A stretch of DNA of 64,000 nucleotides from a bacterium (lineage in GTDB: Bacteria; SAR324; XYD2-FULL-50-16). This document shows positions 27,495 through 36,192 of this stretch, one piece after another. The notes under the pieces are model-generated. The model ran no database searches, was not told where the DNA came from, and saw only the letters and a list, made by a program, of their open reading frames with translations. The position numbers and the translations under genes were made by a program. The stretch is taken from the NCBI GenBank assembly GCA_032250835.1, contig JAVVEA010000005.1:96001-160000 (forward strand), written 5' to 3'. The first letter of the stretch is position 1; each line of letters opens with the position of its first letter.

Positions 27495-28817
27495 TTACTG
27501 GGGGAAGTCTTTAAAGATCAATTCCATCTCCGCTTCTGCCTGGATCAGCGAGAAGCGTTCCTCTACCGCTTGGCGTAAGAATCGATTGATGGCGTCGATT
27601 TTTCCAATGGCGTAGTCGATCATCTTATTGGAGCCCTTTACATAAGCCCCGATGTTGATCAAATCCTCGGCTTCTTTGAAGGTCGCCAAGGTTTGGACCA
27701 TCCGGCTGGCGTTTTTCTGCATCGCCTTTGAGGTTACCTCTACCATCACCCTGGATTTAGACCGCAAGACGTCTATGGCCGGGTAATGCCCCTGGGCGGC
27801 GATTTCTCGGTCTAAGAGGATGTGGCCATCGACGATAGAGCGCACGGCGTCGCCGATCGGTTCGTTGGGGTCGTCGCCTTCGACCAAAACCGTATAAAAG
27901 CCCGTTAACGAGCCCGATGCCTTGGAATTACCGGCCCGCTCTAAAAGCTTAGGCAGCAGCGCATAGACCGAAGGGGGGTAGCCCTTGGTGGTTGGCGGTT
28001 CGCCGACGGCCAGACCAATTTCGCGTTGGGCCATCGCAAAGCGCGTGACCGAATCCATCATCAAAATCACATCCTGGCCTTGTTCGCGGAACCATTCGGC
28101 GATAGTGGTCGCCAAATAGGCGCCGTGCAGGCGCACCAAAGGGCTATGGTCGCTGGTTGCGGCAATCACGATGCTACGCTTAAGGCCCTCGGGCCCCAGG
28201 TCGCGCTCAATAAATTCCCGCACCTCTCGGCCCCGCTCGCCGATCAGCGCGATCACGTTGACTGCGGCGGTGGTGTTACGGGCCATCATGCCTAGCAATA
28301 CGGACTTACCCACACCCGAACCGGCCAAAATAGCCATCCGCTGTCCCTTACCGGCGGTCAAAAGGCCGTTGATGGCCTTAATGCCCACGTCTAAAGGCTC
28401 CTCGATGCGGCGTCGGTGCATGGGGTTGATCGGATCAGCGTAGAGCGGGGCTTTAAAGCGGGTGAAGATCGGGCCTAGATCGTCAATGGGTTGGCCCGTA
28501 CCGTCCATGCAGCGCCCCAATAGCTCGGGCCCGACGGGCACCAAGGTCTTTTCGACACTAGGGCGGACCACTGAGTCCGGGCCGACGCCCCGGATATCGC
28601 CTAGGGGCATGACAAAAACATACTTCCCCTTAATCCCCACCGCCTCACCGGCCACTTTCTCGCCGGTCTGCCGATCTAAGATGTGGCAGCGCCCGCCGAT
28701 ACGCATGCCGGGGTTGTGGGCGCGGATCATGAAGCCCACCACCTCGTCTACCTTGCCTTCGGGCTGATCGGTGTGCAGTTGGGAGACGCGCTGGCCATAG
28801 TCGTCTAAGGAAAACAT
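27495..28817 (-). CDS. fliI: Flagellar export ATPase FliI
   Basis: AGSGVGKS, LIGERGREV, MDSVTRFAMAQRE, GEPPTTKGYPPS, DGHI.L.R, YPAIDVL.S.SR. Confidence 0.97.
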   Translation of the reverse strand: MFSLDDYGQRVSQLHTDQPEGKVDEVVGFMIRAHNPGMRIGGRCHILDRQTGEKVAGEAVGIKGKYVFVMPLGDIRGVGPDSVVRPSVEKTLVPVGPELLGRCMDGTGQPIDDLGPIFTRFKAPLYADPINPMHRRRIEEPLDVGIKAINGLLTAGKGQRMAILAGSGVGKSVLLGMMARNTTAAVNVIALIGERGREVREFIERDLGPEGLKRSIVIAATSDHSPLVRLHGAYLATTIAEWFREQGQDVILMMDSVTRFAMAQREIGLAVGEPPTTKGYPPSVYALLPKLLERAGNSKASGSLTGFYTVLVEGDDPNEPIGDAVRSIVDGHILLDREIAAQGHYPAIDVLRSKSRVMVEVTSKAMQKNASRMVQTLATFKEAEDLINIGAYVKGSNKMIDYAIGKIDAINRFLRQAVEERFSLIQAEAEMELIFKDFPQ

Positions 28818-28823
28818 AGGCTC

Positions 28824-29900
28824 CTAAGGATTGCTGGGGTCGAACTCAGGAGGCGCTTTCAACTCATTGGGGACCGGGCCTGTTGGGGCGGCCTGCTCGG
28901 CGGGAGCGGCCGGGGGCGCGGTTGCTGGCCCTTGGGCCTTTTCGGCGTTCCGCTCGGCCACAAAATGAGGGTCGAACAGTGAGCGGCGCTCATCTAGGCA
29001 ATCACCTAAGACCCGCTCGATTTCTTCAAACTGCTGGTTGAGGTCCATCTGAACGCGGGCGAAGTCAGTCTCGACCACCGGACCGCTGGCTGAAACGCTC
29101 TCGCTTTTGCGGAAGGTCAAATATTGCCCTTCTTCCAGATAGGCTTCTAATTCCGGCTTGTGTTTGGCCAAAAAGTCGTATTCCACGGGATGCACGGTGA
29201 TGCGCACCTTGCCCAGGCCTTCAAAGTGCTTGAGCGCTGTTTTGATCAGGTTCAAAACAAATTCAGGCCGGGTCTTTAACTCTTCATGGACCACCTTCTT
29301 AGCCATCAACAAAGTCTGTTGGACTATTTCGGTTTCGTGCTGGTGGGCCAGGGTGATGCGGAGATCTTTCAACTCGGCCAACAAGTCCGTCACCTGCACC
29401 GCCAATTCAGCGCTATCCTTACGGGCTAATTCCAGCCCCGCTTCATAGCCTTTGGCGTGGCCCACTTCATAGGCGGCCCGTTCGATTTCCTCTACCGAGG
29501 CCTCGGCCTTTTCCACCATCGCCAGGGCGTCTTTTTCGGCTTCTTCGCGCCGGATCTGGGCATGAGCTAAGGTTTCTTCAGCCTCGGACAAGGCTAAATC
29601 GGCATTGCGCATGATCAGCTTCGCCTGTCGGTCGGCCTCGCTGCGGATGCGCTTGGAGTATTCCTCGACGTTGGTCAGTAAGCTGCCCTCTTCAACAAAG
29701 GCATTGGAGGTAAACTTGCTGGCGTCGCGGGTATCTAGGCGGATCGTGGCCTTGGCGCTTTTGGTGATCAGTGATTCGGGCTCGAAGGCCCGGACCTCTG
29801 GGTCCTCCTCGGGGCCTCCGAAACTCTGCATCACCTCTACCTGCGGGGCGTCGTCCTCGCTGATGTCCTCGAATTGTGGGGGAAGGAACTGGTTTTCCAT
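28824..29900 (-). CDS. fliH: Flagellar assembly protein FliH, extended
   Basis: Lies between fliF and fliI; AYEVGHAKGYEAG (GxxxG), ITVHPVEY, GPVVETDF. Confidence 0.85.
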   Translation of the reverse strand: MENQFLPPQFEDISEDDAPQVEVMQSFGGPEEDPEVRAFEPESLITKSAKATIRLDTRDASKFTSNAFVEEGSLLTNVEEYSKRIRSEADRQAKLIMRNADLALSEAEETLAHAQIRREEAEKDALAMVEKAEASVEEIERAAYEVGHAKGYEAGLELARKDSAELAVQVTDLLAELKDLRITLAHQHETEIVQQTLLMAKKVVHEELKTRPEFVLNLIKTALKHFEGLGKVRITVHPVEYDFLAKHKPELEAYLEEGQYLTFRKSESVSASGPVVETDFARVQMDLNQQFEEIERVLGDCLDERRSLFDPHFVAERNAEKAQGPATAPPAAPAEQAAPTGPVPNELKAPPEFDPSNP

Positions 29901-29921
29901 AGTTGCTTAGAGCCGGTGCTT

Positions 29922-31550
29922 TTAGGGTCCCTTCTTTTCCTTGAGCCAAGTCCGTACCAAAGACGCCGTCTTGAGCGGGTCCTGCTTGGCGATTTCGATG
30001 ATCTTGTCGCGTGGCGGAATCCCCGTTTCCTTTTCGGTCGGGATTTCCAATTCTTCGCCTTCTAGTTCGCCGATGGTAGTGGGCAGACCCATGAGCAGGT
30101 CCAAATCCTCGGGCTTGGCCGAGAGCTTCATCACCATCGGGCGGATCACCATGAAGACCAGGACAATCACAATCAAGCCGACCAAGACGTAGCGGACCAA
30201 GTCGATGATGAACTTGCGGGTCGCTTCGTTTTTCTGCTGCTTGAGGCGTTCCTGCTCGACCAAAGGCTTGGTGAAGCGGATGTTTTGCACCGTAATGGTG
30301 TCGCCCCGTTCGTTGTTAAAGCCCACGGTCTGTTTAGCGATCTGTTCGATCATCTGCAGGTCGGCGGGGCTCCATGACTTATATACAGGGCTACCGACCA
30401 CGTCGCCGTTTTCGTCGCGGACATACTCATACTTACCGTCCAACAAAACCGCCACGCTCATGCGCTTGATCTCGCCGGGGGCCTTTTTCTTGACTACATG
30501 CCGGGTGGAGTTGACGTAGTTGGTGCGCTTGACCCGCTTGTCTAAGTCGCTGACGTTGGCGATCTCGCTGGCACCGGCGCGTACTTCGGGGCTGTTGCTG
30601 GTTACGCCGGGCACGCCTACGGGAATGCTGCGGCTACCGGTGGCCTTTTCGTTGGTCGCTTCTTCACTAACCACCGCGCTTAAGTCGGGGTCCACTAAGT
30701 CTTCGGTGATTTCAGAGATATTAAAGTCCATCTCCACCGAGGCGCGCACCTCTACACGGTCCTTGCCGGTCACCTTTTCCAGCTGGCTTAAAAGCTTTTG
30801 CTCTAAGCGCAGTTCCACCAGCTGCTGGTGGCCAAAATTCTTATTGCGCATCTCTGAGCCGTCCTCGTCACCTACTTTAGAAAGCAGGTTACCGCTGGTA
30901 TCCGAAACGCGTACATCCTCCATAGACAGGTCTGGAACAGCACCGGCCACGAGGTTAACAATGGTGTTGACGCCCTTGCTGTTCAGGCGGTTGTTCGGGG
31001 CCATCTCGACCACTACCGAAGCGGTGGTGCGGCGGTCCTCGTCAATGAACAGGCTTTGTTCCGGGATGGCGACGGAGACCTTGGCGTTCTCGATGATGTC
31101 GATCAGGCTGATCAACCGGGCCAATTCCCCTTCTAAGGCGCGCTTGTACTGGACTTTCTGTTGGAATTCGGTGGCACCGAAGTTGGCTTCGTCGAAGATC
31201 TCAAAGCCCACCAAGCCACCCATCTGGAGGCCCGAAGAAGCAATCTGCAGCCGCACCTTGTCCACATCATCCACTGGCACCAAAATACCCCCACCACCGG
31301 GCTGCAAGACATACTGCACGTTCAGTTCGTCCAGTTTCTGGACGATCTTGGCGGTGTCGCCTTGCTTGAGGCCCGAAACCAAGGGTGCGTAGGTGATTTG
31401 GGAAGAAAAGAAGACGAAGGCGATCAGGCCTAATACAATACCCCCAAGGCTAGAGAAGAGGAATATCTTCTTACCTGTGGTCAGGCTTGCAAAAAAATTT
31501 TGAAACTGGGACTGAAAGTCGTCGACCAGTCCTACAGTCTGTTCGGCCAT
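29922..31550 (-). CDS. fliF: Flagellar M-ring protein FliF
   Basis: VGFEIFD..FGATEF.Q.V.Y.RALEGEL.R.I, SLF, ASVV, LVAGAVP.L, GVPG..SN, two TM helices, C-terminal DP...A..VR.WL. Confidence 0.96.
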   Translation of the reverse strand: MAEQTVGLVDDFQSQFQNFFASLTTGKKIFLFSSLGGIVLGLIAFVFFSSQITYAPLVSGLKQGDTAKIVQKLDELNVQYVLQPGGGGILVPVDDVDKVRLQIASSGLQMGGLVGFEIFDEANFGATEFQQKVQYKRALEGELARLISLIDIIENAKVSVAIPEQSLFIDEDRRTTASVVVEMAPNNRLNSKGVNTIVNLVAGAVPDLSMEDVRVSDTSGNLLSKVGDEDGSEMRNKNFGHQQLVELRLEQKLLSQLEKVTGKDRVEVRASVEMDFNISEITEDLVDPDLSAVVSEEATNEKATGSRSIPVGVPGVTSNSPEVRAGASEIANVSDLDKRVKRTNYVNSTRHVVKKKAPGEIKRMSVAVLLDGKYEYVRDENGDVVGSPVYKSWSPADLQMIEQIAKQTVGFNNERGDTITVQNIRFTKPLVEQERLKQQKNEATRKFIIDLVRYVLVGLIVIVLVFMVIRPMVMKLSAKPEDLDLLMGLPTTIGELEGEELEIPTEKETGIPPRDKIIEIAKQDPLKTASLVRTWLKEKKGP

Positions 31551-31724
31551 GAGGGCTCTGCAGAAAGGGGTTTACCGATCCTTGCCAGAAATCGGCGTCA
31601 AAGCAAATGGTTTCTGCCCGCATCCCTTCGGGTCTGGCTCAAATCAAGCCTTGCCAATCCGTCGGCTTCCTTGCCGGTCGGGCCCCGTCAAGAGCCCGAA
31701 GATTGGTCTATAGTCTATCGTTTG

Positions 31725-31740
31725 TGCAAACAATAGGCCA
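31725..31740 (-). promoter_or_regulatory. Sigma54 (-24/-12) promoter for the fliF operon
   Basis: Minus strand TGGCCTATTGTTTGCA (GG-N10-GC). Confidence 0.7.
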
Positions 31741-31760
31741 ACAGGTTTTTTTAAAGATCC

Positions 31761-32039
31761 TTAAACCTGCATCCGCATCATTTCCTCATAAGCACTGACC
31801 ACCTTGTTGCGGACGGCCATTAATAACTTCAATGAGGTCTCTGCTTTTTCCATGGCGACCATGGTGCCCGGGATGTCTTTATTGCGCCCGGCGGCCATCT
31901 CGGCAATTTTATGGTCCGTCTGGATCTGATCTTGATTGACTTGATCAAAGATGTCTTTGAAATTGTCAACGATCGCTTTACTGGCCCCAGATTTCTGGTG
32001 GGGCTGGACTTGATGGGCGGTGGATATCTGGCGGATCAT
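31761..32039 (-). CDS. fliE: Flagellar hook-basal body protein FliE
   Basis: VNQDQ, MVAMEKAETSLKL..AVRNKVVSAYEEMMRMQV. Confidence 0.95.
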   Translation of the reverse strand: MIRQISTAHQVQPHQKSGASKAIVDNFKDIFDQVNQDQIQTDHKIAEMAAGRNKDIPGTMVAMEKAETSLKLLMAVRNKVVSAYEEMMRMQV

Positions 32040-32069
32040 GTTTCCTCGGGGCAAATTTTACCGGTTAGC

Positions 32070-32387
32070 TCAGGACTTTTTAAGGTCCATTTTGCCGTAT
32101 TTATCGGCGGCCTGCTTGGCCGTCGGTCCATGGTGCTCGCCCTTGGCGGGCTCAAGCTGTTTGACGATCCCTTCTAGGGATTCTAGCGTCTTACCAATCT
32201 GGGTCACTTGGGTGTCCATCGAAGCGCTTTGGGCCCCTTCAACGGTGCGGTCCACTTCGGCCGAAAAGGCCTCGGCTGACTTAAGTAGTTCCCTAAATTT
32301 CTCGACTTCGTTTGGCTGTGGCTTTTTGGCCACAGCACCCTTTTTGGGGTCCATCCCGGTAGGGCCGATTTTGTTGATTTCGTTCAT
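32070..32387 (-). CDS. Hypothetical 105-aa protein inside the flgBC-fliE operon
   Basis: AGGAG upstream of ATG; fills the gap between flgC and fliE. Confidence 0.75.
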   Translation of the reverse strand: MNEINKIGPTGMDPKKGAVAKKPQPNEVEKFRELLKSAEAFSAEVDRTVEGAQSASMDTQVTQIGKTLESLEGIVKQLEPAKGEHHGPTAKQAADKYGKMDLKKS

Positions 32388-32401
32388 CTCAGACTCCTAG
32401 T

Positions 32402-32845
32402 TTACCGGCCTCCGATTTCCAATGACTTGGAAATCAGGTTCTTGGTTGCGTTCATCGCAGCCAAGTTAGCTTCGTAGGAGCGTTTAGAGACCATCAAGTT
32501 GGTCATCTCCTCGACTATATCTACGTTAGGCAGCGCCACATAACCCTCTTCATTGGCGTCGGGGTGGCTGGGGTCGTACTTCATCTTGGGCGGGCGGCTG
32601 TCTTCGACGACGCCCAATACTTTGACCTCGCGGATCCCCTTGTCCTGCTCTTGGTTTTGCAATTCCTGCAAAAAGCTCTTTTGCTGGGGCAGGGCACCAA
32701 AAATCACCTCGCGTCTGCGGTAAGGGCCACCCGAAGGGGTCCGGGTCGTGTTGACGTTGGCGATGTTACTAGAGATCACCTTCATCCGGGTCCGCTGTGC
32801 GGCCAAACCCGAAGAGCTGACGTTCATGCTATCAAATAAGCTCAT
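32402..32845 (-). CDS. flgC: Flagellar basal-body rod protein FlgC
   Basis: SSGL.AQR.RM.VISSNIAN, GGPYRR, YDPSHPDA..GYV..PNV, RSYEAN. Confidence 0.97.
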   Translation of the reverse strand: MSLFDSMNVSSSGLAAQRTRMKVISSNIANVNTTRTPSGGPYRRREVIFGALPQQKSFLQELQNQEQDKGIREVKVLGVVEDSRPPKMKYDPSHPDANEEGYVALPNVDIVEEMTNLMVSKRSYEANLAAMNATKNLISKSLEIGGR

Positions 32846-33264
32846 TATCTACCTCCTTCCGTGATGGCGCTCTTGAGCATGCGGAACTTCCAGTTCACCG
32901 CTTTGGTGGTGGCCTGGAACATCAATTGGTTTTCGGCTAACTTGGCCATCTCTTGGTCCAAATTCACCGTGTTCCCATCCATCCTTGGATCGGGATTAAA
33001 GCTGTTGATCTGTTGTCCCTGGACGGTCTCCAGGGGTTCGCGGTCTACACCGTCAAAGTGGCGCGGGTCGCTGGTCTTTAGCGGTCCCGGCTGGTCTTGA
33101 TACAGCGCCTTGGTCAGTTGGTCTTCAAAGACCAAATCTTGGGCGCGGTATCCCGGTGTTTCGCGGTTGGCTAAGTTAGAGGAGATCAGGCCGTTACGCT
33201 GGACGCGCATACCCATAGATCGCTCTAATAACGTAATATTTTTATCGAACAGTCGAATACTCAT
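32845..33264 (-). CDS. flgB: Flagellar basal-body rod protein FlgB
   Basis: ISSNLAN.ETPGYRA.DL.F, DGNTVNLDQEMAKLAENQ. Confidence 0.96.
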   Translation of the reverse strand: MSIRLFDKNITLLERSMGMRVQRNGLISSNLANRETPGYRAQDLVFEDQLTKALYQDQPGPLKTSDPRHFDGVDREPLETVQGQQINSFNPDPRMDGNTVNLDQEMAKLAENQLMFQATTKAVNWKFRMLKSAITEGGR

Positions 33265-33308
33265 GGCTTCTCCCAGGTTCGGCCCATGAGGGCTTTAGGG
33301 AAAAGAAA

Positions 33309-33324
33309 TGCAAGGGAAGGGCCA
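33309..33324 (-). promoter_or_regulatory. Sigma54 promoter for flgB
   Basis: Minus strand TGGCCCTTCCCTTGCA (GG-N10-GC), about 45 bp upstream of the flgB start. Confidence 0.75.
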
Positions 33325-33471
33325 GAATGAATGGGGCGGGGATTTGCGGCGAAGTGGCCGCGGAGAATCGGGCATAAAGGCCCAAAAGACGGGCTTGGAG
33401 GGCTCAGAAAATGAGCCTCCAAACCCCTCTCGATAGCCATGCAATCTAAAGGCCCAAGCAGGGCCCCAAAA

Positions 33472-34677
33472 TCACTCCTGCTCGCCTAACCAGCGTTCGG
33501 CATCGATGGCCGCACGGCAGCCCATCCCGGCGGCGGTGACCGCTTGGCGGTAGTGGGGGTCGGCAACGTCACCGGCGGCGAAGACGCCTTCGATGTTGGT
33601 CTTGCTGGTAATGCCCTGGGTGACCAAGTAACCCTGTTCGTCCATATCCAACTGCCCCTTGAAAGGCGCGGTGTTGGGGCTGTGGCCGATGGCGACAAAC
33701 AGGCCGGTGGTGCCCAACTCGCGGGTTTCACCGGTTTTAAGGTTTTTCACCCGCAGATCGGTCATCAATTTCCCGTCGCCCATCACCTCGTCAATGGCCG
33801 AATCAAGCACTAGTTCGATCTTGGGGTTCGCCTGAACCCGCTTCTGCATGGCCACCGAAGCGCGGAACTCCTGGCGACGGTGGATCAAAAAGACCTTCTC
33901 GCAGATGTTGGCCAAATAGCTGGCTTCTTCTAAAGCCGTATCCCCGCCGCCGACAACGGCCACCTTTTGTCCCCGGTAAAAGAACCCGTCGCAGGTAGCA
34001 CAAGCCGAGACGCCGTGGTTGCGGTATTTATCTTCGCTGGGCAGACCTAAATACTTAGCGCTCGCGCCGGTGGCGACGATTAAGGCGTCACAAGAATAGG
34101 TCTGGTCGTCGGTTTTGAGGTGGAAGGGGCGCTTGGACAGATCCACTTCATGAACCTCAGAAAAGACCAATTTGGTCTCGAAACGAACGGTCTGGGCTTC
34201 CATGTTCATCATCAACTGGTTTCCGTCGATCCCTTCAGGGAAGCCAGGGAAGTTTTCTACCTCGGTGGTGGTGGTCAGCTGGCCGCCCTTTTGGGGTCCG
34301 GCGATGATCAGCGGATTCAAACTGGCGCGGGCGGCGTAAATAGCGGCCGTGTAACCCGCCGGGCCAGAACCCAAAACAATGACGCGGTGGTGTTCCGTTT
34401 CCATTTCCTCTTCCTCCCTTTCAAGTAGGGGATCGAGCTTACCGGCCCGATCCAAGTCAAAGAGATCGTCGCAGCCGCCGACATGAAAATCGCCGATAAA
34501 AATCTGAGGAACGGTACGCTTGCCCCCGCTCTTTTCAATCATTACGTCGCGCTGCTCGGGATGCTCGTCGATCCAAATTTCTTCGAATTCAACGCCCTTG
34601 CGAGCCAAAAGAGACTTGGCGCGGTCGCAAAAGGGGCAATAATCCTTGCAGTAGATGACGACGTTTGGTTTGCTCAT
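33472..34677 (-). CDS. trxB: Glutaredoxin-3 / thioredoxin reductase fusion protein
   Basis: Residues 1-85: CPFC, TVPQIFI, GGCDDL. Residues 92-401: GSGPAG, GGQL, CATC, GGGDTA, AAGDV. Confidence 0.92.
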   Translation of the reverse strand: MSKPNVVIYCKDYCPFCDRAKSLLARKGVEFEEIWIDEHPEQRDVMIEKSGGKRTVPQIFIGDFHVGGCDDLFDLDRAGKLDPLLEREEEEMETEHHRVIVLGSGPAGYTAAIYAARASLNPLIIAGPQKGGQLTTTTEVENFPGFPEGIDGNQLMMNMEAQTVRFETKLVFSEVHEVDLSKRPFHLKTDDQTYSCDALIVATGASAKYLGLPSEDKYRNHGVSACATCDGFFYRGQKVAVVGGGDTALEEASYLANICEKVFLIHRRQEFRASVAMQKRVQANPKIELVLDSAIDEVMGDGKLMTDLRVKNLKTGETRELGTTGLFVAIGHSPNTAPFKGQLDMDEQGYLVTQGITSKTNIEGVFAAGDVADPHYRQAVTAAGMGCRAAIDAERWLGEQE

Positions 34678-34781
34678 TACATGTCCTTGGCGATTGATTC
34701 AGCAGCCCGATATTTTGGTTCGCAGATCATAACCCTTTGTGCGAACCCAAGCAACCGGGCAATTTTGGAAAGTCTTTTTTT

Positions 34782-34797
34782 GGGAAAGCTTCTTGCA
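34782..34797 (+). promoter_or_regulatory. Candidate sigma54 promoter for the sensor kinase
   Basis: GGGAAAGCTTCTTGCA (GG-N10-GC with TTGCA), about 85 bp before the ATG. Confidence 0.45.
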
Positions 34798-34882
34798 GTC
34801 CTTGCATGGACCTGCTGGGAAGTGGCAACTTAAACCATGAGTTTACCTGAAGAACCGGTAGGAACTTGTAAGTGAAGTTACG

Positions 34883-36142
34883 ATGGATAAAAACTTGGAC
34901 CTTTCCTCCTTGAATTTAGCAGAAAAGCAGTTGCTTTCGCAGGCTTTCGAGACCTTTAACCGAAGCATCGAAAAGCTACGCACCTATCAAGCCAAACTAC
35001 AGGTGCAGGTGCAAACCCTCAACGAGGAGTTGCGCGACAAGAACCAAGAACTGACCAACGTTTTACAATCTTTAAAGTCCGGCCTGGTGGTCACCGACCT
35101 TAAGGGACGGATCTTGACCTTTAACCGCGCCGCTGTCGCCTTGACGGGGATCGAGCGCGAAACGGCTTTGGGCCAAGAGCTCAACGGCCTCCTGAAGTTG
35201 CCTTTGCTACCGGAGCCGATGGACAAAGCGGCCTTCGCCAAGCTCAGCGACGAACCCAAAGAACTACGCTACCGCCGCGCCGATGGCGGTGAAATCTTGT
35301 TGGAAGTGACCACCACGCCGATGGAGTCGGAGGACAAAGAGGCCCAAGGGGTGATCTTAAACCTAAACGACGTTTCTTTGCTTAAGCGTCTGCAAGACGA
35401 GGCGCAGCGCAAAAACCGGCTCACCGCTATGGGCGAGATCGCCATGCAAGTGGCCCACGAGGTCCGCAACCCGCTGGGCAGCATCGAGTTGTTCGTTTCG
35501 ATGATGAAAAAGGACTTCACCGAGGATTCGGGTGAGATGGAATTGCTCAACCACATCACCTCGGCAATCCACAGCATGAACCACATCATCTCCAACCTCT
35601 TAGAATACTCTCGGCCCAAACCGATCCAGTTAGAACCGATGGATTTGGCCCCTTTGGTGGCCGAGTTTGTGGCCTTCAGCCAGCATACGGCCGACCAACA
35701 GGCCGTCGAAATCGACTTTGAAGGACCCGAACCAGACCTCTGGGTTAAGGGCACGCCACAGTTGGTCAAACAAGTGATGCTCAATATCTTTATGAACGCC
35801 TGCCAAGCGATGGACGAAGGCGGGCAATTGAGCATCCGCGCCCTGGCCTACGAAGAAACGGACCCCTTGGTTTTAGAGCGCTTCCAAAAGCAGGTCCTAA
35901 AGGACCGCGAATCCTTGCCGGTAGTGCGGGTTTCTTTTAAAGACACCGGCCGCGGCATGGACGAGGAAACGCTACGCCGCCTCTTCGACCCCTTCTTCAC
36001 CACCCGCGAACAAGGTACCGGCCTGGGCATGTCCATTGTCCACAAAACCATGACCAGCCACGGCGGCACCATTGAGGTTAGTTCCAAGTTAGGCGAAGGA
36101 ACCCAAATCGCCCTGCTCTTCCCGCAGCATCAAGGGCATTGA
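34883..36142 (+). CDS. Cytoplasmic PAS-domain sensor histidine kinase (FlgS/FleS/FlrB-like)
   Basis: Coiled coil, PAS, AHEVRNPLG, N-box NACQA, DTGRG, FDPFFTT, GTGLG; no TM; next to flgB. Confidence 0.88.
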   Translation: MDKNLDLSSLNLAEKQLLSQAFETFNRSIEKLRTYQAKLQVQVQTLNEELRDKNQELTNVLQSLKSGLVVTDLKGRILTFNRAAVALTGIERETALGQELNGLLKLPLLPEPMDKAAFAKLSDEPKELRYRRADGGEILLEVTTTPMESEDKEAQGVILNLNDVSLLKRLQDEAQRKNRLTAMGEIAMQVAHEVRNPLGSIELFVSMMKKDFTEDSGEMELLNHITSAIHSMNHIISNLLEYSRPKPIQLEPMDLAPLVAEFVAFSQHTADQQAVEIDFEGPEPDLWVKGTPQLVKQVMLNIFMNACQAMDEGGQLSIRALAYEETDPLVLERFQKQVLKDRESLPVVRVSFKDTGRGMDEETLRRLFDPFFTTREQGTGLGMSIVHKTMTSHGGTIEVSSKLGEGTQIALLFPQHQGH

Positions 36143-36192
36143 TTCAACGAGCAAGCTAAGGTAAACTCCCCCCAAAAGCTTAAAGGAAGTTT

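Noticed and set aside
30520-31392. Long antisense ORFs (290 aa opposite fliF; others opposite rnr, flhA, ktrB, hemE)
   Set aside because: Shadow frames of well-supported genes with Ser/Thr/Arg-biased, motif-free translations.
27495-33264. Non-flagellar type III secretion system, given the missing fliG
   Set aside because: flgB, flgC, fliE and full-length fliF are flagellum-specific.
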